Below, piece after piece: positions 1 through 10,146 of a DNA stretch of 64,000 nt. Origin of the DNA: a virus; the IMG/VR virus record IMGVR_UViG_3300043788_000169, positions 68,502 through 132,501 of that record; one strand, written 5' to 3'. The notes under the pieces are model-generated. The model had not been told where the DNA came from. It saw only the letters and a list, made by a program, of their open reading frames with translations, and ran no database searches. A program made the translations under genes and the position numbers. Position 1 is the first letter of the stretch. The number at the start of each line of letters is the position of its first letter.

Positions 1-1792
1 CAAGCCGGTCACCGCCTTCACCGGCACCATCCTGCAAGTCCTCAAGATGCTCAAGCAGCCAGCGGGTGACCTGAACACCGTGCTGGCGCAGATGACCACG
101 GAGTCGGGCGGTAACGAGGACGCGGTCAACCGCACCGACATCAACTGGATCGAGGGCCACCCATCAGTCGGTCTGATGCAGGTGATTGGTCCGACGTTCG
201 ACACCTACGCTGGCCCGTACCGGGATGTCGGGCCCTTCCTGTACGGTGTCTCGACCAACCCGCTGGCGAACATCTACGCGGGCCTGAACTACGCCACCCA
301 CCGGTACGGCGAGGGCTGGACATCCGTCCTGGGCCACGGCCACGGCTACTACACGGGCGGCGACGTCATCAGCGCCGTCAAGCAGGCCACGGCAAACCAG
401 AAGTACCGCGAGGCGATGCTGCTGGGCGCGCAGCTCTCCTCGGGGATGGACCCGGAGTTCGCTCTCGGCGGCAAGCGCTTCGGTGCCTGGTCCCAGCTCC
501 TGGACAAGGACATCACCGAACGCCGGGCCAAGGACCCGTACTACATGGCCCGCCACCTGCTGCCCGCCTTCGAGCGCGGGGTCTCCCACTACGGCTGGGG
601 CCGGGTGCCGCAGGATGCGGCCATGGCGGCCGCCATGGCCGAGAAGGTTGGCAGTTTCTACACCAAGGACGGCGCGGGCGCGGTCAACTTGGCGTGGGGC
701 GATGTGCTGCATGACCTGGGCATCAAGACCCAGACGAGCCCCGGCGCCTCGGGCTCCGGCTCCCAGAAGCCGGGCGGTGAGAGTGGCCTGACGCTGTGGA
801 ACCAGTACGTCCCCAAGCTCAAGGCCGCTGTGCTGGCGGAGCGCAAGGCGTACGACACCCTGTACGGTGCCGGGCCGGGCACGCACTGGGCCGAGAAGTC
901 TGTCGACGGGGTCAAGCGCGGCAGCGCTGACTGGTCTCGCTGGTATGCGATGGACCTGATCCTGCAGGACGAGAAGGGCAAGGTTCTGTCCGACTCCGCC
1001 TCCAGCGACTACTCCAAGATCGAGGCCCAGCTCGCCAACCCGACCGCCATCTCCACAGCGTGGTGGGCCGACATGCTGACCGGGACCAACGACCTCGCGC
1101 AGTGGGAGTACGGGGACAAGATCCCGCCGCGCTCTGCCTGGGCCGCGGAGCGCGCCGGGCACTGGCCGGGCGGCTTCAGCAAGACCCACCCGGCAGGGCG
1201 TCTGCCCAAGGGCTTCGTCCCCGGCCAGATCCAGCCGTCCATTGCCATGTTCCAGAAGCACCAGCGCACCCCGTGGGAGAGGGAGCACGACGCGCTGCTG
1301 GACGTGAGCAAGATCACCGCCGAGACCGAGGCTGTATGGAAAGAGCTGTACGGCCCGGGTGGCTCGCTCGTCACCCACACGGTTACCGGGCCTCCTACGC
1401 CGGGCCCCGGAACGCCCCCGCCGGCCGCCTACTCCGCTGCCCCGAACTACACCGCGGCGATCCTGGCGTACGCAGGCCAGGGCGGCCCGGCCATCCCGCA
1501 GTACGCGGCCGGCGGCTCGGTCGGTGGTCTTGCTTCGATGTTCTCTGGCTTCCAGGCAGGCGGCAGTGTGCCGGACTTCTCCGACTTCACTCCGGCGTTC
1601 CAGCAGCCCGGCATGCAGCAGGCCCCGCGCGCCCTGAGTGAGGCAGCGCAGGCGAGCGGCGCCGGCCAGAGCATCGGGATGCAGGTCAACGGCGGGATCA
1701 ACGTGCATAACCCGCTGCCCGAGCGGGCTAGTGACTCGATAGCCCACCAGGTCAACCGCCTGTCGTTCCTGCACGGAAGGGGCGTGGCCTAG
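1..1792 (+). CDS. Tape measure protein, C-terminal part (5' truncated), with SLT lytic transglycosylase domain
   Basis: Frame open from the window edge; SLT motifs ESGGN, GLMQVIGPTF, NPLANIYAGLNYA..RYG; lies just upstream of a distal-tail-like gene. Confidence 0.85.
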   Translation, partial: KPVTAFTGTILQVLKMLKQPAGDLNTVLAQMTTESGGNEDAVNRTDINWIEGHPSVGLMQVIGPTFDTYAGPYRDVGPFLYGVSTNPLANIYAGLNYATHRYGEGWTSVLGHGHGYYTGGDVISAVKQATANQKYREAMLLGAQLSSGMDPEFALGGKRFGAWSQLLDKDITERRAKDPYYMARHLLPAFERGVSHYGWGRVPQDAAMAAAMAEKVGSFYTKDGAGAVNLAWGDVLHDLGIKTQTSPGASGSGSQKPGGESGLTLWNQYVPKLKAAVLAERKAYDTLYGAGPGTHWAEKSVDGVKRGSADWSRWYAMDLILQDEKGKVLSDSASSDYSKIEAQLANPTAISTAWWADMLTGTNDLAQWEYGDKIPPRSAWAAERAGHWPGGFSKTHPAGRLPKGFVPGQIQPSIAMFQKHQRTPWEREHDALLDVSKITAETEAVWKELYGPGGSLVTHTVTGPPTPGPGTPPPAAYSAAPNYTAAILAYAGQGGPAIPQYAAGGSVGGLASMFSGFQAGGSVPDFSDFTPAFQQPGMQQAPRALSEAAQASGAGQSIGMQVNGGINVHNPLPERASDSIAHQVNRLSFLHGRGVA

Positions 1793-2682
1793 TGGCGCTC
1801 ACCGGCAACACGAACTTCCCGGCAGATGAATACTGGAGCTTCATGCCGTCCTATGGCCAGTATGCCGGGGTCGACGTCAGCCTCCAGATGCAGCACTGGA
1901 ACATCGCGGTGTTCGGTGGCAGCCGGTTCAGCCTGCCGACGCTGCGCGGCCAGGACATCGAGCAGCCGTACCGCTCCGGTCTGCAGTGGCGGCCCAAGTT
2001 CCCGAACAGCCGAACGCTCACGCTGGGGATGTGGACCGCAGGCATTAACCAGACCACAGGCGTGCCCGACACAGCTGACCAGCGCCTGGCGTTCAACAAC
2101 AACCTCCAGCAGCTGCGCGCGATGTTCTTCCAGCGCGGGCCGGCCGGGAGCGTTCAGGGCCAGCTGACCCGGCGGTGGTGGCTGACCCAGGGTGGCCTGA
2201 ACCAGATCGTCACCGCTTACGCCATGGCCGAGGTTGCCGGCACCATGGAGCCCACCAACATGGGCCGCACGAGCGCGAGCTTCAGCGTCGACCTGCTGCT
2301 GGCCGACCCGTATTTCTACGGAGCTGCCCGGGAGGTCGCTGTCACCACCAGCGGTGCCTCGATCTTCGGCTATGGCGAGGGCGTGGTCGGTGAGGGCTAC
2401 CCGAGCGATGTGAGCGCCTTCACGATTCAGCTCACTGCGGGCCCGGTCACGGTCACCAACAGCACGGCCGGGGTCTCGGTCACCTACGGGGCAGCTATCG
2501 CCAACTCCCCGGTCACCCTCGACATCCTCAACAACACCGCCACAGACGATGCGGGCAACAACGTGATCGCCAACGTCACACACGCCGGGGCCCGTCCCTG
2601 GATGACGCTCGTGCCCGGATCGAACGTCATCGCCGTGTCCGATGGGACCGCCACCTTCACCTTCTCCGACGCCTACGTATAG
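1792..2682 (+). CDS. Distal tail (Dit-like) protein
   Basis: Directly after the tape measure gene; 296 aa with RTLTL..W and FSVDLLLADPYFYG motifs, ending in LVPGSNVI like siphovirus Dit. Confidence 0.75.
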   Translation: MALTGNTNFPADEYWSFMPSYGQYAGVDVSLQMQHWNIAVFGGSRFSLPTLRGQDIEQPYRSGLQWRPKFPNSRTLTLGMWTAGINQTTGVPDTADQRLAFNNNLQQLRAMFFQRGPAGSVQGQLTRRWWLTQGGLNQIVTAYAMAEVAGTMEPTNMGRTSASFSVDLLLADPYFYGAAREVAVTTSGASIFGYGEGVVGEGYPSDVSAFTIQLTAGPVTVTNSTAGVSVTYGAAIANSPVTLDILNNTATDDAGNNVIANVTHAGARPWMTLVPGSNVIAVSDGTATFTFSDAYV

Positions 2683-2715
2683 AGGTACTCAGATGCCCAA
2701 GAACGTGGCCAGCTG

Positions 2716-3624
2716 ATGGCCAGTCGCTACTACTCCTCGGTCGCTGTCCCGGGCAACCTGGGAGCCTCGATCTCCAACAGCGCGACCAGCTTCTACATGT
2801 CCACTACCCCTGACGGCTATCCAGGGCAGTTCCCGTTCACGATGTGCCTGGACGGCGGGGAGCCGAACATGGAGCTGGTCTCGGTCACGGGCGGCTCCGG
2901 CACGGCGGGCACCCCGTGGACCTGCACCCGCGGGTTCGACGGCACCACCGCCTCGGCCCACACCGGGGGCGCCGGGGTTTCTCACGACTTCAGCGCCTAC
3001 GACCTGACCACCAGCCGCAGCCACGAGGCGAGCGGTTCCGGCTCGGGCGTGCACGGCCTGCCGGCCAGTGCCTGGTCGACTGCGGCGAATGCCGTGATCA
3101 ACGAGACGGTGCTGAACAACTCGACCACCGCGGTGCAGACCTGGAGTGGCATCCCCGGCACCTACAACCACCTGATGATCCTCGTGCTCGGCCGGCTGAC
3201 GGAGACCTCCGAGCAGACCGACTACATCACCCTGCAGATAAACGGGGACACCGGGGCGAACTACTCCACCTGCCAGATTGAGACCAACAATGTCGGCGGC
3301 ACGCTCAACAGCCCGAACTCGGTGGCCTCCTACGGACAGACGTCGTTCCCGATCGGCCGGCTGACCGCGAGTGGCGGCGGCGGGGCCGCCAACGCGGGCG
3401 CCCTGGTCGCTTACATCCCCTGGTATGCAGGCACCACCTTCAACAAGGTGGTGCAGTCTCAGAGCGGTGGCGGCAACGGCACCAGCGCGCTTGTGGACTG
3501 CCGGATGTTCTGGGGCTTCTACAACCCCACGGTCCAGGCTGCTATCACGTCTCTGTCCATCTCCGCGCCGAGCGGGAGCGATTTCAAGACGGGCACCAGC
3601 TTCGCCCTGCTGGGGGTGAGCTAG
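2716..3624 (+). CDS. Minor tail protein
   Basis: Ser/Thr/Gly-rich; ELV.VT...TRGFDGTTASAH motif typical of actinophage minor tail proteins; tail operon context. Confidence 0.7.
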   Translation: MASRYYSSVAVPGNLGASISNSATSFYMSTTPDGYPGQFPFTMCLDGGEPNMELVSVTGGSGTAGTPWTCTRGFDGTTASAHTGGAGVSHDFSAYDLTTSRSHEASGSGSGVHGLPASAWSTAANAVINETVLNNSTTAVQTWSGIPGTYNHLMILVLGRLTETSEQTDYITLQINGDTGANYSTCQIETNNVGGTLNSPNSVASYGQTSFPIGRLTASGGGGAANAGALVAYIPWYAGTTFNKVVQSQSGGGNGTSALVDCRMFWGFYNPTVQAAITSLSISAPSGSDFKTGTSFALLGVS

Positions 3625-3626
3625 CG

Positions 3627-3863
3627 GTGCATGTCGAGCACATTGTGGACTGCGGCGCGCAGCGCACCAACCACAGTGCGGTAGATGAAGATCTCTCGCC
3701 ACAGCGCATGGCGGAGTTCTCCGTCCCCGGGGAGCTGACGTTCGCTCACATCGAGGATCGCAACCGCCGCCAGCGCGCGGCGCTGGACCGGTTGCAGATG
3801 GCCGCGGTTACCGACGAGCATCTCCGCGACATCCTCATCGTGCTGGGGGTGGAGGACCAGTGA
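3627..3863 (+). CDS. Small tail-associated hypothetical protein
   Basis: 78 aa, tightly packed in the tail operon. Confidence 0.55.
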   Translation: MHVEHIVDCGAQRTNHSAVDEDLSPQRMAEFSVPGELTFAHIEDRNRRQRAALDRLQMAAVTDEHLRDILIVLGVEDQ

Positions 3864-4039
3864 GCGAGCCCAACGTGATCACCGCTGAGACGGAGGAGAT
3901 CACCCTGACGGAGGGAGTGGAGATCGTCCAGCTGGTCCGTCCCGGCCGCCCGTACCCGGCCGACCCGTTCCCCGGCCCCGCCCGCCGGGTCATGGCTGCC
4001 GCGCCGGACCGGGGCCAGGGCTCACGCCCGCGGCGGTAG
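3860..4039 (+). CDS. Small hypothetical protein (59 aa, absent from ORF track)
   Basis: GTGA overlap with the upstream stop; GGAGG upstream; TAG at 4037-4039 just before the next start. Confidence 0.5.
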   Translation: MSEPNVITAETEEITLTEGVEIVQLVRPGRPYPADPFPGPARRVMAAAPDRGQGSRPRR

Positions 4040-4042
4040 CTC

Positions 4043-7000
4043 ATGGCCACAGGAATCGGAACCACCACCCCGAGCATCCCGGAGCTGATCCCGGCCCCGG
4101 TCCAGACCTCCCAGCCAGGCCCCGGCGAGCCCGGTGGCCCTGGCGGCCCTGGCGGGTCAGCAGCACCTGGGCTGGGCTCCGGCTACGAGATAGCTATCCG
4201 TGCCGCCCCGGACTACAACACGCTCATGGCGGTGCTGCCGAGGTACGAGTCGCTTCAGTTCACCAAGATGCTGAACGACAAGGGCTCCGGCTCTGCGGTG
4301 TCCAACCTGGACGACGAGTGGTTCGAGACGGCCACGCTCGCGCTGCCTGCCCCGACCGCCCCGGTGGTCATAGCTCAGGGCAGCTCTGATGCGACAGCTA
4401 ACGTGTTCACCGCCGACGTCGAGACCGCTGCGGTGCAGGGCAGCGCGGTCACGGTCGTGTCCAGTGCGAGCGGGTCGAATACCCCCATCACCTGCGTGGA
4501 TACCGAAGGCAACATCTACCTCAACACCCTCGCCGCGCTGCTGTCCTCCAACCCGTACTTTGAGCAGAACGGCGCCGGGTCGGTAGCCGACTGGGCTGGA
4601 TTCAACTGCACAATTGTCCCTCAGGCGCTGAGCGGGCTGCCGGTGCCGTACGGCGTTCTGCTGACGGTAACCACGGCGGGGTGTGCGTGCGAGGGCAGCC
4701 CGTCCAAGTTCACGATCACACCAGGTGCCTCCTACCTCGTCACTGCGCTGGTCTGGCTGCCGGAAGCGGGCACCGTCGTCCTCGGGGCCGACTGGGATTC
4801 CAGCGGCGGGTCCTACGTCTCGACCAGCACCAGCAGCATCTCCGTGGAGGCGGAGACCTGGACGGCGATCGGGACGGTGATCACGGCCCCGGGCAGTGGT
4901 GTGGGCAAGGCATACCCCCGGTGCGGGTACAGCACCGGGACGGGCGCTGGCACCACCATGCAGCTCACCGCCCTGGCGATGCAGCCCGCGGCCAGCATGC
5001 AGGTCTTCCAGGCCCTGAACATCACCGCGCTGACCCTGAATGATGCGATCAGCGTCACCTACGCGGCCGACGACGCTCAGCAGACCAACCTCATCGCGGT
5101 AAACATGACCGGGATCCAGCCGCAGACCGCGGTCGACGTCGCCGTGGCCGCCTCCGGCACCTCCGCGCACGCCACCGCCTCCGGTACCCCGTCCGAGCTT
5201 GGCGAGCTGGGCCTGTTCTTTGTCAACAATGCCGCGGCTGGTGGCGCTCCCTCGGTGCCTGCGAACTGGAGTGAGCTGACCCAGCTGGCCGGAACCGGGC
5301 GGGGCGAGGCCCAGCGGATGCTGATCGGGCTGTACTCCTACCCGCCGAGCGCCTTCTGGACAGCAGCAATCGATGCAGCGCCGACGACGGGCATCATCAT
5401 CGCCAACGTCGACAGCGGCCCGGGCGCCGGCCAGGAGTCCAACTTCCTGGCGGTCTACCAGGAGGCAGCAGCCGCGGGCATCACCCTGGTCGGCTACGTG
5501 TCCACGAACTATGGCGCGGTGAGCCAGACCAGCCTGCAGAACCAGATTCAGCAGTGGAATGATTACTACGGAATCACTAGCATATTCTTTGATACAGTTA
5601 ACCCCGCTGCGGATTACGTCGACTACTACCAGGAAGCGGTGCAGTATGTGCACGCTCAGCCCGGTGGTGGTGATGCGATAGTCGTCCTCAATCCGGGGTC
5701 TCCGCCGACGCAGGCGCTGTTCGGGATCCTGGGCGAGAACGACATCATCCAGGTCTGTGAAGATACATATGCGAATTTCGCAGGCGACGGCGCGACCGCT
5801 CCCGCGTACCTGCTTGATGAGAACTCCGCGAATATAGCGATCACCTGTTACGACTGCCCGAACAGCACGGACATGAATACCGTGCTCGGGATCGCGGCGA
5901 GCGATTTCAACGCGGGCTGGGTGTGGGTGACAGATGGAACTTTGCCGAACCCGTACGCGAACGAGCCTGCCTACTTCACCACAGAAGTGTCAGCGCTCGC
6001 AGGCACCGGCACGACCGAGCAGTACACCACGGTCTACTACTCCGAGCTGACCAGTGACGCGGCGCAGTCTCCCTCGGCCACCATTACCAGTGCTGCCTGG
6101 CAGGCGCAGCTGCTTACCCTGGAGGGCACCGGCTCGGCACCGGCCTCCACGCTGTGGGATAACGAGCACCTGTGGCAGGTCATGCTCGACGGCATTGTCG
6201 TCTTCGAGTTCTTTGCCGAAACGATAACCGAGCAGCAGGTCGACCAGAGCGAGCAGCGTAACGTCACCACCACTGGCCCCGGAACGATAACCGCATTGTC
6301 GTGGGCTGCTGCGATGCCTCCCGGTTTCCCCAACATCATTTTCAAATGCGATGCAATCCAGGACGGCTTCGCAGAAATTGATGAGAATGGCAACCTGGAG
6401 GTCGACACCAGCCTGTGGAACATCATCAGCCCGACCGACATGGTCACGCTGAATCCGTCCGGCACGCTGCAGCTCACCGCCTCGCAAGATACAACCTACT
6501 GCGGTGCCACTCCCTATGACCTGACCGAGTCGCTGATCTCTGCGCAGATAGCCCCGCTCGGCCAGGGAACCGAGAACAGCACCGACATCACCGTGGCGCT
6601 CGACGGCTCCCAGGTCACGCAGTTCTACATCCAGAGCAACGCCAACGCGGACGACTATATTTTGATGGGAGTTACCGCGGCGGGCATCTACTGCCAGCTT
6701 GGGGATACCGAGTCCGGCCCCCAGACCAAGGAACTAGGCGCCTACAACTCCCAGACCCAGCTGTACTGGCAGATGAGTGCCGACTACCTGGACGCCGACT
6801 CCGGCGCGGTGCAGGTCACCTTCTGGACCTCCGCAGATGGGCAGACGTACACCCCGGTGTGGGTGGTGAACCCGAGCTGGGTGCCCGACAACGTCACAGT
6901 GTTCTTCGCTTGTTCTTACGATCAGAACAACAGCCAGGTGATGAGCATCACCAACGTGAACGGCAATGTCGTCACGCCGAGCAGCAGCGGCAACATCTAC

Positions 7001-9700
7001 TTCGGTGAGCCGATCATGGCTGTCTGGGACTCGATCTTCACCGCGGCGCAGGAGCGCGGCACCATCCCGTTCATCACCACCGCGCTGGACGGGGCGACGG
7101 ACAGCTTCGGCAACCCCTGGACCGACAGCGAGAGCGTGCAGATCGAGAATGGGACCGACCTGTACTCGCTGCTGCAGTCCCACACCGCGATTGTCGACGC
7201 CGACTACATCATGCAGCCCGGCTTCGTGCTGCAGGTGGGCCTGCCGGTGGAGGGCTCGATCACCCTCGGGGTCGACCGCAGCGAGCAGGTGGTCTTCCGC
7301 GAGGGACAGTGGATCCAGCAGAAGCAGTACACCCGCGACCGCAGCCAGATCGCCAACCTCGATGGCGGGGTCAACAGCGACGGCACTACGATCAGCGCCT
7401 CGGACGAGGACTCCATCCTGGAGTGGGGGCAGCGCGAGGGGTGGGTTCAGACCGCGGTCCAGGTCAACCCGCAGTCCATGGAGATCGCTGTCCAGGCGAG
7501 CGTGCAGCAGACCGCGGATGAGGTGGAGAGCTATACCATCCAGGTCGACCCGGCCCAGCCCGGCTGCCGTGCGTGGAAGGACTACAACGTCGGGGACTGG
7601 ATCGGCCTGGAAGCTCCCGGGCCAGAGCCGGGTGGCCCGGACTTCAGCGCGAACTCGGTCTCGGCCGTCCGCGTCACTGCGATTGCCATCTCGGTCGACG
7701 CCACCGGCCTGGTTACCTGCCAGCTCACCCTCATGACCTACCTGCAGTGGCTCCAGGAGCAGCTGCAGTATCTGGTGAACAAGATGGGCGGGCAGTTCAT
7801 CAACTCGCTCGGCACCACCCCGGTCACCAGCTCGGCCAACGGTGTCCCTACTCAGCTGCCGACGATCTTCGCCCCCAACATCAACGGGCTCAACGGGGCG
7901 AATGTGCTTGGCACCACAGGCATCCCGAACGGTGCGCAGCTGGTCTATAACGCCATCACCGGCCAGTGGCAGGCCGCGTCCAGCCAGGACCCGGTAACCG
8001 GGTCCACGCTCAGCCCGACCGGCGCGAACCTGTCGACGCTGCAGTACAGCACGCCGCAGGCGAGCCAGGGCAACCTGATCGCCTCGATCAGCAACGCCGG
8101 CGGCACCGACCCGACCGGGAACGCCTACCTGCCTGGCGTGGTGAGCTACGGCTCGACCGAGAGCCAGACCATCCAGCTCTACATGGGTCAGGTCGCGATC
8201 GGGCAGGCACCAGGAACCCAGATCGTGCTCAACCCCGATGCTGACCAGGTCTTCAACATCACCACCGCGATCGCCGGGACGCTGCAGGCCATCGCTGAGT
8301 TCACCACCAACGACACGAACGAGGTGCTGCCGGGAGTCGCGGGCTCGCTGGTGCTCAACCCGGGGGCCTCCCAGAAGATGGCCACCGCACTGACCAGCCC
8401 GCTGAACGCCAACTCCGCGGCGTGCGTGGTGCTGGAGACCGAGAACGATGCGGGCACCGACACCCCGGTGATCACCTTCGGTCAGGTCACCACCCCGGAC
8501 GACTCGACGTTCGTCTTCACCCCGATTGCCACGCTCACCCCGTGGGCGTTCCTGCTCTACGGTGGCTCGGGCGGCACGGTCGTGGAGACGATCGACGGCC
8601 CGTCTTCCGGCAACTGGCCGGTGCCCGCCACGGTCTCGGTGGTCAAGGCTGAGGTCTGGGGCATGGCCGCGGGAGCCGGCGGCTCGAATCACGGCTTCTG
8701 GACCGTCCAGGCGGGCGGTGGCTCGGGTGGTGGCGGGTACTCCTGTGAGCCGGCCCTGGCGGTCACGCCGGGCGGTAACTGCCCGTATGTGCTGCCAGCC
8801 GGCGGGGCCGGTGGCGTCGGGTCGACGGGCTCGCCCGGCGGGGCTGCTGATGCCACGTTCCAGGGCAGTGCGGCCACGGTCACTGCGCACGGCGGCCTGC
8901 CGGGAGCCGGTGCCGCCTCGCCCGGCAACGGCCAGGGTGGCGATGGGGCTGCGGCCTCGGGCAACACGATCAGCTATCCCGGCGGCCAGGGTGCAACCGG
9001 CGGATATAACGATGGTGGCGGTGGCGGTGGTGCCGCCGGCACGGGCGGCCCTGGTGGCGGGGGCGCGATCAATGGCGGTGGCTCGCCTGGCAGTGGTGGT
9101 GGCAAGGGCGGAAATGGTGGCGTGTCCGGAGGTCCCGGAAGCGGCAGTAACGGTTCCAGTCCGGGTGGCGGGGCTGGTGGCGGGGCGGGCACGTCGGCCA
9201 GCGGGACAGTGGATGGCGGCAGCGGCGGGGCTGCGCGGGCCCGGGTCACCTATACCACCGGGGCCCCGGACATCATGGCCAGCTTCGCGGCCGCCGCGGG
9301 CACCGACCAGTTCGGCAACACCTACCCCGAAGGCACGCTGCTGGCCGGGGCCGATGCCGGATGGACCTACGTCGGCACGGGCGGAGCCCCCGGGTTCGGC
9401 TCGGGCTGGAGCAACGCAGGCAGCGGGAACGCTGATCTGGCGTACCGGATGGTCGGCGCCCCGCACAACTGCGTGCTCATCCTCGGGTATGTGACCAACG
9501 GGACGGCGGCCAATACGGCGTCGATCTTCACTCTGCCTACCGCTTACCGCCCGGCCAGCCAGCAGATCTTCCCATCCGTCGAGAACGGAGGGACCTACGG
9601 CAACTCGGTGGTTGTGGAGACCAGCGGTGCGGTGAAGATGTTCAACAGCGCTGGCACCGGGAACTACGCGGTCTTCGCTATGGTCAGCCTGGACATTTAG
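4043..9700 (+). CDS. Large minor tail/hub protein with CBM-like and spherulin-4 (GH135)-like inserts and Gly-rich C-terminus
   Basis: Tal-like segments (FTKMLNDKGSGS; WGQREG; DYNVGDWI); spherulin-4 motifs LYSYP, NVDSGPG, LVGYVSTNYG, IFFD, VVLNPG at about 5318-5995; Gly-rich tract near 8.6-9.2 kb. Confidence 0.8.
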   Translation: MATGIGTTTPSIPELIPAPVQTSQPGPGEPGGPGGPGGSAAPGLGSGYEIAIRAAPDYNTLMAVLPRYESLQFTKMLNDKGSGSAVSNLDDEWFETATLALPAPTAPVVIAQGSSDATANVFTADVETAAVQGSAVTVVSSASGSNTPITCVDTEGNIYLNTLAALLSSNPYFEQNGAGSVADWAGFNCTIVPQALSGLPVPYGVLLTVTTAGCACEGSPSKFTITPGASYLVTALVWLPEAGTVVLGADWDSSGGSYVSTSTSSISVEAETWTAIGTVITAPGSGVGKAYPRCGYSTGTGAGTTMQLTALAMQPAASMQVFQALNITALTLNDAISVTYAADDAQQTNLIAVNMTGIQPQTAVDVAVAASGTSAHATASGTPSELGELGLFFVNNAAAGGAPSVPANWSELTQLAGTGRGEAQRMLIGLYSYPPSAFWTAAIDAAPTTGIIIANVDSGPGAGQESNFLAVYQEAAAAGITLVGYVSTNYGAVSQTSLQNQIQQWNDYYGITSIFFDTVNPAADYVDYYQEAVQYVHAQPGGGDAIVVLNPGSPPTQALFGILGENDIIQVCEDTYANFAGDGATAPAYLLDENSANIAITCYDCPNSTDMNTVLGIAASDFNAGWVWVTDGTLPNPYANEPAYFTTEVSALAGTGTTEQYTTVYYSELTSDAAQSPSATITSAAWQAQLLTLEGTGSAPASTLWDNEHLWQVMLDGIVVFEFFAETITEQQVDQSEQRNVTTTGPGTITALSWAAAMPPGFPNIIFKCDAIQDGFAEIDENGNLEVDTSLWNIISPTDMVTLNPSGTLQLTASQDTTYCGATPYDLTESLISAQIAPLGQGTENSTDITVALDGSQVTQFYIQSNANADDYILMGVTAAGIYCQLGDTESGPQTKELGAYNSQTQLYWQMSADYLDADSGAVQVTFWTSADGQTYTPVWVVNPSWVPDNVTVFFACSYDQNNSQVMSITNVNGNVVTPSSSGNIYFGEPIMAVWDSIFTAAQERGTIPFITTALDGATDSFGNPWTDSESVQIENGTDLYSLLQSHTAIVDADYIMQPGFVLQVGLPVEGSITLGVDRSEQVVFREGQWIQQKQYTRDRSQIANLDGGVNSDGTTISASDEDSILEWGQREGWVQTAVQVNPQSMEIAVQASVQQTADEVESYTIQVDPAQPGCRAWKDYNVGDWIGLEAPGPEPGGPDFSANSVSAVRVTAIAISVDATGLVTCQLTLMTYLQWLQEQLQYLVNKMGGQFINSLGTTPVTSSANGVPTQLPTIFAPNINGLNGANVLGTTGIPNGAQLVYNAITGQWQAASSQDPVTGSTLSPTGANLSTLQYSTPQASQGNLIASISNAGGTDPTGNAYLPGVVSYGSTESQTIQLYMGQVAIGQAPGTQIVLNPDADQVFNITTAIAGTLQAIAEFTTNDTNEVLPGVAGSLVLNPGASQKMATALTSPLNANSAACVVLETENDAGTDTPVITFGQVTTPDDSTFVFTPIATLTPWAFLLYGGSGGTVVETIDGPSSGNWPVPATVSVVKAEVWGMAAGAGGSNHGFWTVQAGGGSGGGGYSCEPALAVTPGGNCPYVLPAGGAGGVGSTGSPGGAADATFQGSAATVTAHGGLPGAGAASPGNGQGGDGAAASGNTISYPGGQGATGGYNDGGGGGGAAGTGGPGGGGAINGGGSPGSGGGKGGNGGVSGGPGSGSNGSSPGGGAGGGAGTSASGTVDGGSGGAARARVTYTTGAPDIMASFAAAAGTDQFGNTYPEGTLLAGADAGWTYVGTGGAPGFGSGWSNAGSGNADLAYRMVGAPHNCVLILGYVTNGTAANTASIFTLPTAYRPASQQIFPSVENGGTYGNSVVVETSGAVKMFNSAGTGNYAVFAMVSLDI

Positions 9701-9708
9701 GAGAGATC

Positions 9709-10140
9709 ATGCCGGTAACCGACAGCGGTGTGGCCGTGTTCGGCCAGATGCTGGCCCGCGGCTCCCGGATCGGCATTGGTGTGGGTGGCGGCAGCAATCC
9801 AGAGGATCGCGCAGCGGCCGCGCTGGGCGGAGATGGCAGCCCGCACACCGCCTGGTACCGCCCCGCCGATACCGGCTTCCCTCAGCTTCAGGCTGATGGA
9901 ACTATGATGCTGAGAGTCAGCTTCGACCCGGACGAGGCCAACTTCCTGTGGCGGGAATACTGCATCTTCGTCACCACCGGGAAGATGACTCCGCACCACA
10001 CTCTGGCCGAGGTGGGCAGGGGAGCGGCCATGCTCAGCCGCCGGGTGCCCGCGGCGCCTTTGCACGGCGAGGCCAAGACCCGCGAGAGCTGGCGGACGTG
10101 GGTGTTCCAGGTGCCGGTGAGGTTCCGCTCTCCCGATTAA
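9709..10140 (+). CDS. Putative structural (baseplate/tail-associated) protein
   Basis: EANFLWREYCIF...MLSRRV...K...W pattern seen in phage tail-region proteins; context. Confidence 0.55.
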   Translation: MPVTDSGVAVFGQMLARGSRIGIGVGGGSNPEDRAAAALGGDGSPHTAWYRPADTGFPQLQADGTMMLRVSFDPDEANFLWREYCIFVTTGKMTPHHTLAEVGRGAAMLSRRVPAAPLHGEAKTRESWRTWVFQVPVRFRSPD

Positions 10141-10146
10141 CTGACC

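Noticed and set aside
8650-9240. Gly-rich GGC repeats as PE-PGRS gene or DNA repeat element
   Set aside because: In-frame Gly-rich tract common in actinophage tail proteins
164-9466. Long antisense ORFs (e.g. 164..1774, 4157..5653, 6734..9466, and similar ones over the helicase, dnaB and polA genes)
   Set aside because: Shadow frames of high-GC coding genes; no motifs or RBS, and they overlap well-supported genes
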